Origin: Gonapodya sp. JEL0774
Taxonomy: Eukaryota
Assembly: GCA_027604505.1 (NCBI GenBank)
Contig: JADIIX010000041.1
Location: forward strand, 62,001-126,000
Direction of reading: 5' to 3'
DNA: 64,000 bases
Of this stretch, positions 24,758 through 36,900 are shown piece by piece. The translations under genes were made by a program, and so were the position numbers. The notes beneath the pieces were generated by a model, which made no database searches, was not told the DNA's origin, and saw only the letters and a list, made by a program, of their open reading frames with translations. The stretch's first letter is position 1; every line of letters starts with the position of its first letter.

Positions 24758-27007
24758 TCACGGCCACTTCGTATGCATCTGGTCTCTCACGACAGAGACC
24801 AAACGGCTTCCGTTGGAAAATACTTGTGTACCCTACAGGCCACTTTCCCGTGTGTTCAGGCATCCCGTCTGATCTTCAATTTTAATCCCGATCCCGCTTG
24901 TACACTATTACCTGATACCCCTCTCTAACCTCATTCCACGTTTGACCTCTGTCAACCACATCACGCAACCCACCAGCTCCCGACGGGGCACCACTTCCCA
25001 CACGCCGGTCATCTAGCCCAACTGTATCTGGTAAAGTCACGGGGCTCCAGAATGGCGAGGAGGTCGAGAAGCATGCAAAAGGTTTCTTTGTTACTTCGTC
25101 GGTGCGAGCCGGCGGCGAGCTCTCATTAGTACAAGCCGTAAACGTGGATCCCGCTTGAGATTGAGATTTAGGCATGGATATTGCGTCGGTCGAAAGTTTG
25201 TTATCGAGTAATGAGTCTGTATGGGGGTTGAAGTCTTGGTGCGGGTAAAGTTGTTGGTGTGAAATCATGGATGCTGAGCTCCTACTCAAAGACCGTTGGT
25301 GAGGAGGTGGTATATTGGAGTGAAGGCGAAGTGATCCATTCTCAAAACCCTCGGAGGATAGTGCAAGGTCCGCCATCAAAGCTGACGGTCCAGGCAGAAT
25401 CCCGGGACCCTCAGGGAATGAAGATACCGCAAGAAACTTTTCAACACCTTCATCTCGCCGCTCAGAGATGCTCCCTGCTCCATCTTCGTCGTCAATCTCG
25501 GTTCCATCCTCCCCTTCCCCATCAACCCCACGCATACGCTCATTTCCATCCCTCCACATATTTTTCCCTGTAACAACCCCCTTCTTGCTTTCTTTTAACG
25601 GGCCTCTGCCATTCCCCTTGGCTGGTCCCCTCTTGAGAGTGCCCGACCTGTATGCGCACTCTACACCCCGCGTTGAGCACCTGCTACACTGGGGCAAGCC
25701 GTCGCACTTTAGTTTACGAGCACGGCATTGGTCGCATGCTTTTGTAACGTGCTTGACCCCAGGCATTGAAGGAGCTGCTGGCGCGGAGGCGAAACTGGGA
25801 TCCGGGTCCACTTATTGGTATTCACAGAGAGGACCACTCACAAGGGACTGCCGTCACCAATCCATTGCCCAATGCCACAGCCGCCCCACTAGGTCCATTC
25901 TTGCTAGCAATTAAACGCGATCCCGAGTTCGGGGCGAAGTGTGCGGCCATGGGTCGCTCATAGGGTCCCTGGGGAACTCTGCTGTAATAGCGCCCACCAT
26001 TGGAAAGGTTCCGCCCGTGGAATGTGGCGACGGGCGTTTCTAAGGACGGTGGGAAAGCGAGAGAGGCAGTGGACGATTGCTGAACGGATTGCGGGGGCGG
26101 GAGATGAGGGGGAGGGCGACCCTGGGAAAGTAGGTGGACTTTGTGCAACGGAAGCGAGGATGAGACCGGAACTTGTGGTGGGGTGGCAAGCAGAGGAGGG
26201 TAGCTGTTACCCAAATGGGAGGAAGGTGGTGGAAACTGCTGGTGCTGGGACGATAAAGATGAGGATGGGAGGAGAGGGTATGAGGATGTCGGCGATTGGA
26301 TGCGGCCGGAATCTTCGCGGAAGAAATGAGAGGGTGACGGCAGAGTCGGTGGGGTGGGATGGAATAAATGGGTATGATGTCCATGTACAAGGCCTGAAGA
26401 GCAGTTGCTTGAAATCAGTCGCCGACCTTTTCAGATGTGTGGACGGTGCTCATTCCGGAAAATTGGACGCAGAGGTCCGAGCAACTGCTAGATACGCAGG
26501 AGGCTCTCTGCCAACAACGGATGCTCTGTAAATTCTCAACGCAAACTCCACGTGTGCCGAACACACGTATGTTCGCTGCACTTCGTGTCCAGAAGCAAGC
26601 AGGTTCCTTCTTCCAGCATGTCGCACTTTTTCGAAGCAAATCTGGGACTTTCCGCTGCGTTAATCCGAAAAATCATGACAACTCCCTCATCAAAGAACCC
26701 TGGTCACCGACGCGTTCATATACTCGACAACGCTCCGTGCCTGCGCAAAAAGCAAAAACACACCTCTCCACTGGTTGTACCCAGGATCGAACCCCGGATG
26801 ATTGTGAGGGTGCCCAGAAAAATCATATGCGGTTGAGGTGAGAGGCGGTGAGGGCAACTGTGGAGCAGAAGAGATCTCCGAAGTAGCGGAAAACTGAGTG
26901 GCGGGTGGGGGACTTGGCGGATGCTGTCGCCATTGGTGTGGTTGAAGCTGATTGGGAGCAATTGTGGTGAAGGTTGCGCTGTCGCGATTGAATTGCGGGG
27001 AAGACAT
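24758..27007 (-). CDS. Zn(II)2Cys6 binuclear cluster transcription factor (multi-exon; stop either 24882 or 24758)
   Basis: KACDQCRARKLKCDGLPQCSRCSTRGVECAY..KRGP. P/S/H-rich N-terminal exons from ATG 27007 splice in frame. Confidence 0.85.
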
Positions 27008-28346
27008 GATGCTGGCCGCCCAGGTTCCCTTCTCCTACTCGCGCTAATGCAATCCGCCCGATCACGGATTCTTAAACCGAAATTATGCAGAATTCTATTT
27101 GAGTTGAACTCTTTTGACCCCCAATGAACCACAATGAACTGACTACGATTGAGAGTGCCTGCGCCATGAGGCAGCGACCCTGCCTCCCCTATGACACGAA
27201 TTCCTGAGAACTGTATGGTTGCTGAAGACACAGTTACAGCAAGAGACATTAAGTGCATTTTACTTTGGAATTACTGTGTAGCGGAAGACATCTCAGCGAC
27301 CTAAAATGAATAAAACATCAAATGCCAAAAACAGTAAACAACACGATAAATTTGTTACATTTCAACCTAAACTTGTTCCCCGCGATCCTTGCCTCAGGTT
27401 GGGGGTTACGTGCTTGGAGTCTCTAGAAGGAGATTCTTTCCTTATGTTTGTGGTGTAACCGTGACGGTTCCGTGGGTCCGGACGTAGTCTCTGGTACTCG
27501 TATGTTTATTGCAAGTGTCTCTAGTACATGTGGGTATTTATACTAGTCTGTGGCCACCCAGTGGACCAGATGTCACAGGTGCACAACATGTTATGGGCAC
27601 ACATGCTTTTAGCCCTTGCTCCCCTGGCATTGTGATATCCGCAAGTCATAGTTATTCTCGACGGTTCTGATCATACTGGCCATGGGCGTATGATTGAGGA
27701 GGAGACGATGTGGGCAACGATGGCGTCGATGCAGAGGAGCTGTCGTGTTTCCAGTCACAGATGTGACACCGGGAGTTAAAAGATCTCAAATCCCTTGAAC
27801 AATCTTGCAAATGAGGATCCCAATTTATTCGATGTCAAGGGCGGACTCAAACCAGTTCGTGAGCGATTCATCGCTGCTTTACATCGAGATGCGGAGGCAC
27901 GAGCCTATTCCCTTCCTTCACAAGCTCCAACATCGCAGAACGGTGAGGGATGAGGAAGACGGTCCCTCAATGCTGTGGCATACAGGCTACCAAATCACGA
28001 TGAAAACGCTTATAATTAAATACTCACGTAAATACAATTGTCTGCTTTTGCATTACATAAAGAGTTTTAGGTGAACAGAAAGTTCACCCCGCACTCGACA
28101 GGCATTCTTTTGCAGATTGATAATAGATCATATGAACAAGCGAAAAGAAGATATGCAATTGTCGTTTATGTGTATTTGTACAAAGCAGAATGTGTTGGTG
28201 GTCAGTTTGTGAGGTTTCGACATGTACAGTTTTCTAGAAAATTGAGTTTGTTGGTATTTTTGAAGTGTGAAGTCCCATTCATTCCCATGTTGGAATGTAG
28301 AGCCTCGCTCACGTTTAGGTACGTTCATGAGAGGTCCGTCCGCTTT

Positions 28347-31300
28347 TCAACTGTCCTCCTCCAGAACAACCTCCATCCTGTCGTCATCCCCCTCTGGTGA
28401 CTTTCTCCTCAAGTCTCCGTCATCGGAATCCTCCATAGCATCAGGTTCATCCTCGCTATCACTGTCGTCTGTCTCTCTGCTCCATCGCGCTCCACGCCTC
28501 CGTCCAATGGTCTTGGAATGCCCTCCGCCGGTACCACCTAAGCCATCACGGAGCGATCGCGAGCGACCTTGAACTTGCCCCTGCACCCGACTCTTCGTCT
28601 TGGTCCGTGTAACTGATTGTTGTTGAACTTGCTCCTCGTACGCCAGGGCCTCGTAGCTTCTCTCAGCGAATTTGTCCCAACCACTGCAAGTACGAAGACG
28701 GACAAGGTTAGGTACAGAGCACCGACCAATTCCATGTCACTCTTTCGATGTGCAACGGGTTGCGCATCTGCTCGTCCGAACACGGCGTCACATCTCACCT
28801 GAGCTTTACTCTCATCGCAAGCTTTTTGTCCAAGACCCACACATCATCCTGCTCCCGAAAACCTGGGTCCATCCTCCTGACTCTCGCGTCATATCTTTTC
28901 CAGTCAAAGAGAAGATCAAAGAAAAGACCCGCATTGTTGCACCTTTTCAAATCCCCAAGTGTCACGTATGGTCGGGTACTGGGGACATGGACAAGGTCCA
29001 GAAGGGCACACGAAAAGTCCTGAAATGACCAAAGCTCATTGCAAAAAGTGTTCCCAGAGAACATTCTGTGGCAAAATTTGGTTAGTCAGTTGAGGGTGGT
29101 GAAAGAGTTGACCATGTTTGAGCATACGTTACGGAGGGGATCGAGTACCAAAAGCGAGTTTGCATTCGCGCTCACCGTTCTCGCTGTTCATCAAAAAAAT
29201 ATTTAATCTCATGCAAGCTCAAGATGCCGTCTCCGTCCGTGTCGATCACCCGAAACCAGTATTCGACTGCCGCAGGAGTGCTCTTGTCCTCTACTGACAT
29301 TAGGAAACCTGCACGAAGAAGATTGTATCCCACTAAAAAACCCCATCCAATTTTTCCTCCGTGTCGTACATCATCCAACTCACAAACGAAGTCCCTGTAC
29401 TCGAATCGCGCTTCTTCCCACCCACCAACCCCTTCTTCTCCGTCCTCAGCGCCCGCTGCGGCCTCGGCCATCTCCTCGCTCCCCTCCGCGTCCCCTTTCC
29501 GCCACCCATTAAACCACCCTTTACGAGCTGCCCTGGTGGCCTCGAGGGGGGTGATCGCTGCATCCGTCGAAGACGTCGTGATCTGAACAGTTGGTAAAGT
29601 CAGCTTGCGACCATAGCCCTCGGCAACGCGACGCATAGCGCGTGTCGTGATCCGGTGGCCATCGTAGGAAGCAAGCTCGGCCGCGTTGAGAACCATGTCG
29701 TGATCGGTATCGAGAGTCCAGAACAAGCAATACGTAACGTAAAAATGCTTGTACGAGAAGGGATCACGGGTCTAAGACATCAGAGAATATGTTTTTGTTC
29801 CGCTGGAGTCATCGAGTGATGCGAGCGGTAACAGAGAGAGCCGCTCACCGCATTAACATCCTCCTCCTCTTCCAAGTTTTTAAGCACGTCTATGAATCCT
29901 GATCGGCGCCATTCAGCGAGGGTCATCCTAAACCCAGATATCTTCTCACTCACGCAAACCAACTTCGGTGAATTATCGGGTTCCATTACAGAGAGAACTC
30001 ACCGATCACCCCGTCCCCCCTTGCCGTACCAAACCCTAGTCACTACGGTGTCGACGTATCTCGCCTGGAAAACTTGCATACCCGCGAGAAATTGTAGGCC
30101 AGGGTGAGCACGCACCACGTCACGAACTGCGGGCTCAACATGCAAAGGAAGGAGGTGTGTTGGGAATGATGGAGTTGAACCGGGTAGTGGTGGTAGAGCT
30201 GGGGTTGGGGGTGTGGGGGTACCTAGGAAATAAAATGACAACAGCAGCGGGTCGTGTGCATATTGGTATATGGCGCGACACATCCTTGTTGAATGGGGAC
30301 CAGAGGAGGGCAAGACGGATGAAACCCCTGCACAACAGTGCACTCATCGTGCGCTTATCACTTACCTCTCTGCTCCTGTTCTGCTGACCCCATCTTCACT
30401 ATCATCTAATGCCATCGCAAATCTACCAGCTGCTCCCCCCATGTACTTGGGCAATCCTAATGCTTTCGCCAGTTCTCCGAGATCCGTTCCGTCAAGTTTC
30501 TTTTCCGCTCCATTTAAAATGGCAAATTCATTCTCAGTCGCTGAGATGGTCTTCGGTGTCGTTGGTGAAAAGAGACACTCGATTCGCGATAGTAGCATGT
30601 TTCTGAATGACTCCTGCTCAGCAGGGGTAAGAGGTGAGAAGCCCGGCGGATGGTGGAATCGAGGAATATCACTTGATGGCTGATCGGAAACAACACAAAC
30701 TGTGAGTAACACCCCGCTCTGAAGGGATACCCTTACACTCGGGAACATATCCAACCCCATATTCAACGCACCTTGCCGGACTCCACCAGATCGACACCGG
30801 AATCTTTTTTCATTGGTATATCTCCAGCAGAGCTAGGATGATTTGGTGAGGTTGGTAAAGATGTGCTGGAAGTCCCAGCGGGGACAGTTGCTGGAAAGAG
30901 AATTTGACTTTCAGCATGCTCCGTTACTCTCCCCTCTTGTGCGAGCACGATATCATCATCGATGAGACCTGCTTGTGCAAGCTCGAGCGCGTTTCTGTCT
31001 TCGCCCGCACCAGAGTCTACTACCATGGGGTCTGCACGAGGTGACTGTCCTTTGGAGATTAACTGTGCTCCCCCAGTGGTTGAACTGCTTGAGAACGGTG
31101 GCGCACAAATGGGCTCGTGGATTTTAAGTTGGGAATTTGCAGAGCGTGAGGAGGGCCGGGTTGTCGGCGGAGAGCCTCCCGGGTATCCAACAGTTGCTCG
31201 GATCTCTGCGTTAAATTCTCCGGAATGAACACCCGTCAACACATCTGAAACGGTGCCAGTTGTGATTCCAGCAATTGTTGAGGCACCGAGATCACCCAGA

Positions 31301-31800
31301 ATCCTGCGAGCGATTCTTGGAGAGCTCGTGGGCGAAACGCGCGGGGTTCCTGCCGGTGACTCATTTCGTGACGATGAAGTCGATCCCGCTTTGGATCGGG
31401 ATGGCGACGCAGAGCTCGGTAGCTCTATCTGAGCGCTTTGAAGTTGCAGATAGAGGTTGGGGCCAGGCATTTTCGCTTCCAGGAGCGGGGAGGCCCCCGG
31501 CTGGGGGGATCGTGGAGTACGAGGGGTACCAGATGGTCTGGGGGAGTGTGGTGGTGTAACGACCACGGGCGAATCATTAATTGATACATTGCCTAATTGT
31601 GCGAGCTTCCTCCCAGAGAGGGGCGACGATGGGGAAGATTTCGTGTGGAGCGAAGGTGAACCCGGCGCCGAGGTGGAAGCGGAAGACGATGCCGATGCGA
31701 GAGACGGGTTCAGTCCTGTTGGAAAGAGTGATACTACTGGGAGGGGTGGGGAGGCTGGCGAATTTGGCGAATTTCCGTTGGAAAGCTGCCTGGATGGCAT
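28347..31800 (-). CDS. PPP2R3: Protein phosphatase 2A regulatory subunit B'' (PR72/PPP2R3-like, EF-hand)
   Basis: HPGLQFL..FQARYVDTVVTRVWY, FSYKHFYVTYCLFWTLDTDHD, FLMSVEDKSTPAAVEYWFRVIDTDGDGILSLHEIKYFFDEQ (EF-hand), TLGDLKRC..FFDLLFD. Long S/P-rich N-terminus. Confidence 0.9.
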
Positions 31801-32721
31801 CGCCGCCTAAGTTTTGGAGTAGAAGGCGCGTTTAAGAGCCTTGAGCGCGCACGAGAATTGACAGATAATTTGGAAAATAGCATCAAGTTCAACCGTAAGA
31901 TTTGTCTGAGCTCTCCGTTAGAAGGATTAACTTCGAACGCCGGGATGGTTTCTCAATTCCTAAACGGTGAGCCTCTCTCCACATCACACGCAAGTCCAGC
32001 GATTCCCGTTTCTCATCTTTTATCGGATATTTGCCCCATTTGTAGCTTCCCGGGAGTTTCGACAAATGCTCGCAATCTCACATTTTCCATCCTGTGGTGT
32101 CACAAGTCCCTTCCTTCTCACCTTGGTCGGTTTTCGAACGAGTGATTCCGTCACTGTTCCTGTTTCACGCAGGAGCTTCACCGAGCGCGCGGAAAGGGTG
32201 GGCGCGTGGGCAAAATGTCTCTAGGTGAGGTGAAAGGGCTGACTGCCGAGCCACATCACCCCACATCAATCAAGCTATCACCGAACAGCGTTTTTGAGTA
32301 CAATCCAATTAATTTCTCACTTCCCTCCCTTATCTCTGAATCAGAAGGTCTTATCCTTTGCACGCCGCAGTTGATTATTTCTTCTGAGTTTAAAGATATG
32401 CTAAACAGAGAGCACGATGATTGTCTTTATCACAGATGACAGGGCTTCGGATGTTCTGCATCTGGATGTGCAACTGGTCTGGGAATGCATCATTGTTGCA
32501 CACACTGGTGATCATGAAGAGCCGCTTGCCGTGACCCCGCCAAAACACAACAGCATCATCTCACCGCTGCCAAATTCCCCCATTTTACGCTCGACATTTA
32601 CAAGTCCAATTCTGTTTTCTCTCAGCTTCAACGTCTCCTGCCATCTCTTCGCAGCTTCTTCGTTGTTGTCGCACAAAATCCACTCTTCTATCCCCTAAGA
32701 GGCTCCGTTCCGTGCCGTGGA

Positions 32722-33450
32722 ATGACTGATATGGCAACTGCTCTTACTACTGGAGGAGAACCAGTTCTCGGCGCACTAGTTTTATGTTTTGCAGGATTTG
32801 GAATCCTGGTGAGAGCCATAACCAGAAGAACCGGGCCTGGATCCCTCACTCCTACTCCCATTCAATGTTTTGTCACTGTGTACATCAAATTGCTTATCAG
32901 TTTTTTGTGCCCCTCAAACAGACCTACGGTGATGCACTCCGCGAACAGGAGCGACTCCGTCGTGAGAATGAAGACGAGCTTGCCCGGAGCGCAAACTCGG
33001 GTAAACCTCTCACTGCGGGCGAACTTCGGCAGTTGGACATGAAGGTCGCGAGCGTTGACGAAGGGGCGAGATTTCTGTGACAGACTTAATTGAAGCAAGG
33101 AGCAATTCGAGATGTTGATGTTCATGAGTGAGCTTGCTAGAATATAGATATAGACCTTTATGGAAATGCCTCTACCTGCGAATCAGATGTGCTATAGTGA
33201 ATACTGGTTCATTACTACATCTGTATATGATGGTTGACGTTGGCGTGTTGTGGAATCGCCTTGGAACTCAGTCCGATGGCCGGATCCACCACCGAGGGTC
33301 TCCTGGAAAGGGGTCCAGTCCCCAGTTGCAAACTTCTGCAACTCCAGATCGCGAGCGAAATTAAGTGGGACCCCATTTTATCGACACGGGATTTTACGAG
33401 TACAGCGGACTAAAAGGAAGAAGACGGCCCTCTGTGAGTCGCTCATGTAA
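32722..33450 (+). CDS. Small hypothetical single-pass membrane protein with coiled coil (3' exons uncertain)
   Basis: MTDMATALTTGGEPVLGALVLCFAGFGIL|FFVPLKQTYGDALREQERLRRENEDELAR splices in phase 0 through a gtgaga..ttatcag intron. Confidence 0.45.
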
Positions 33451-33992
33451 TTTGAGTGTGGGCAATGATGTGATTTGATGTGTGCTGTGCCAGCCCTGAT
33501 GCTTGGGAGGACAAGACAATAACGAAGCGCAACGAGACAAAGAGGAAGCGAGGTGAGGGAGCACTCTGGATAATGGAAGGCAAAGGCGGCCAAGCGGAGG
33601 CGTTCTTGTGGGAACTACTCTGCGTTGGACCAACTCTGTTCTGGGCGGTCAAGCGTCGGAACGGAAGTCCCGCGAGACGGCATCACACCAAGTATTAGGG
33701 CCAAGGGAGGGACAGAGAGTAGAACGTGAACAGAGAATGCCCGGGAATAAGGGTCGAAGGAGGAGAGTTTGACCCTGAAGTGATGGTCCAACTCTAAAAG
33801 AGCACGCACTCTGGGATGGCGGACGAAGCCCGGAATTAACTGAATCTGAGCAAAATGGAGCAATTTCTTTCTTAGCCCGGTCTTGGAGATCCCCTATATC
33901 TCTCGGAGTTGCTGTTGAAGATGGCTCCTTTGAAAGTCGTTTCATTTTGGATCTGAATCACATTCACCGTCAATACCAATGCCGAACCTCCC

Positions 33993-36900
33993 TTGGCTGA
34001 TCCCCTGCGTTCTCCTTCTTCCAGCATGTCAAATCACCATTACCATCATAGGAACCCTTCCGCCAACGCCGACCTCGCGTGGAACGCGTCACTTTCAGAA
34101 ACTGTCGACAAGCTCTTTGGCGGGGCTCTCTCTGATGCAGCATCGTCCTCCTCCACCTCCTCCCACGCGTCTGCGAGTGCTCGTCTCCAAACATCTGAAT
34201 TCAGCCACCCCGCCCAACTTCCCTCTTCCACAACCTCACCTCACGAAGGCTCGCAGAAACTATACCTGCAATCACCTCACTCGCAATCTCAATCCCCGCA
34301 CTCGGATGAGTCTGACTCTTCAGGTGCTGCAGCTGCGCGAAACATGGATGATGAGATCTCTTTTGTGGACGAGTCTTACGCGCAGCCGCCGGATGGGTCC
34401 GAGCAACAGGACGACACTCAAGATTATCCACTTATTCATCGTAGACTGCAGTCATCCTTTAGCGACAATTCTTCCATCAACCACCCTACCTCTTCCTCCT
34501 CGGGAACCATCCCGTTCCCCGGGTACGGTCCCACGCCACCCTCTTTTGCCCATAGCGTTAATCTTTCCCAAATCAGATCCAACTTCGGAAGTCCCGGCGG
34601 GCCGAGGCCGAGTTGGGGAAACAGCGGCCCCAGTGGACCAGGCGCGGGTGGGGCAATTTTTGCACCTTCACGAGCAGGCTCAACTGCCGGCCCTCCAAAC
34701 CCGCCCCACGCTCTGCCTCTTCCTACTGCAGTGACCTCTTCACCAGGTCCTAATGGAACGTCAAGTGGGTCGAATAGTACCCGCTGGAATTCCACCGAGA
34801 GTGTTGGGGTGGACTGGATGAGCGGCGCGGGTGGCTTAGCTGGTGGAAACGTGACTCATCCCTCAGACCATCTGGACAAATCTCATCTTAATGCACTCTC
34901 CCCTGCATCTCCACAATCTTATCAAACTGCCTCAGACTACGTACACCACCACCCATCCCGCAAACCCCCTCTCGCCCCATCTACCTCCACCGCCGTATTT
35001 CAGCCACCTTCAACAACATCTGGTCATCAATCCCGACATACAACCACTATCACTACATTCATCGACGATTCAGGTGGAATAAGCGGGTCAACCACGACAA
35101 CCACCATTACCTTTGACGATTCGGGAGCAAAGGTGACCGCCCAGGAGCTGCAAGGTACGGGGGATCCTAAGGGATCAGGTGGTTTGGTATTGGGTATTGG
35201 TACGAGTGCAGTGCTGCCTGCGATACTCGGCAAGCCTGGTACCCACCACTCTACTTCTGTGCCCACCACACCAACCTCCGGCGCCGGGGCCAACAGCACG
35301 TCCGCGAATGCCCAGTCCTGGCACGCCGCCTACGAAACGGCCAAATCCGTCAGTGGTGTGGCTGCGGCTGCTCAGCATGCAGCTTTTGTGCAACAGCAAC
35401 ATCAACAGCAATATGCACAGCAACAGCAATATGGGCAACAGGTTGGCCAGCAACAACAGGGCACCATGCCCGGAAGCTACGAAGGCCCCGCTCACGGTAC
35501 AGGATTACCGGAAGCCGCGGATGTTGGCTCACCTGTTCTCGTACCAGGATGGGGCGGTCCAGGACACGCTCAACAACAACAGTCACAGCAACAGCTCTAC
35601 CAACAATCTCAGCAGCAAAAGCAAGGGTACACTGCCTTTGAGAGTCCTGCAACCTTTTTATCGATTATGCAGTCCCCATCCTCTATCACACATCACTCAC
35701 CAGTCGCATTGCAGCCTCAACAACCACAACAGCCCCAGCAAACCCAATCGTTTGCGCCCCCTCCTACACCACTCTCGGTTCATTTGTTCCACCGAACATC
35801 CACGTCCTTGGCTCATCTTGCTCACCCTTCACAACTACCCCAACTTGTACGTGAAATACAGCTCATCGCACGTTCCCAAGCTGCAGCACCCGAAGATGCG
35901 GAGTACCTGGACCAGTTGTTGACGTACGCGGGGTATTACAGTGGTGCAGGACCTGAACAGATGAAACAACGCTTGGATGTGGCGGAAAGAGCATTGAGGG
36001 GACAAGGTGTGACAGTGGGGGTGGAGGAGGGTTCACCTCAATTGGTACAAGGACAGCAACAGAAACAACAGCAGCAGCCATCGAACTCAGATGGGATGCT
36101 ACCGCCACGATCGCCGACGCCCATGTCAGTGTCTCAGCGAAGAGCTTCAGGGGGACCTGGCAGAACGGGATCTGGCACCCATCATATGCAGTCCCACCAA
36201 CAGCCGAATCAATATTCTGGTACCACTGGCACAGGCTATCACCCATATGCCCCCTCGCACCCGCGACGAAGTTCAATTGCTCGTGACGCGGTGAATTCGT
36301 CAGCCTCTGGACCTCCGTTAACTCGCAGTGGACGGGGCAAGTGGGGGAGCCAATATCATTCTCCAACAGCGGTGACACCCAGCCCAACAGCGTTGACGAC
36401 CACCGCTAGGTCACCCATAGACGCGACACTGAATGGAGACGGCTCGTCTGCGTCCTCCTCATCCGTCGCGTCCCCTGCGGGAGCACCATGGTCAGCGTCC
36501 ACTTCGGGGGGTTCCACTCCTGCAACACCGAGCGGACAGAGAAATGGCACTCCGGCGTCAACAGCTGGACTCGTTACCACACTGTCGTCGGAATCGTTGA
36601 GATATTTGAGGTTGTTTTTGGAGGAATGCAGAGGAGCAATGGGGCCTGGTTCAGGCGGCCAGTTGATGGTGCTCCCGGCAAGGCAGAATCAACATGTCGT
36701 GAAAGGCTTGGAAAGATTGCAGGCACGGTTGAAGATATGGGATGATGAAGGGGTGATTGAGCCTGTTTTGGGACAGGTGAGTTGTTGCATGTTTTCGTAT
36801 TATCCAAGTGAAAAGAAAACGCCATTCAGCAAATCCGTTGACCTCGAATTGCTCCCGTCCAGGTTGGCTTCCACGGTGACCTCTCTACTGAAACATTCCT

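Noticed and set aside
24712..24840. Minus-strand peptide ending GAPPMGCGGRL, reminiscent of a selenoprotein K C-terminus
   Set aside because: Not in the frame given by the phase-0 splice from the Zn2Cys6 exon, has no in-frame TGA, and I recognised no SECIS.
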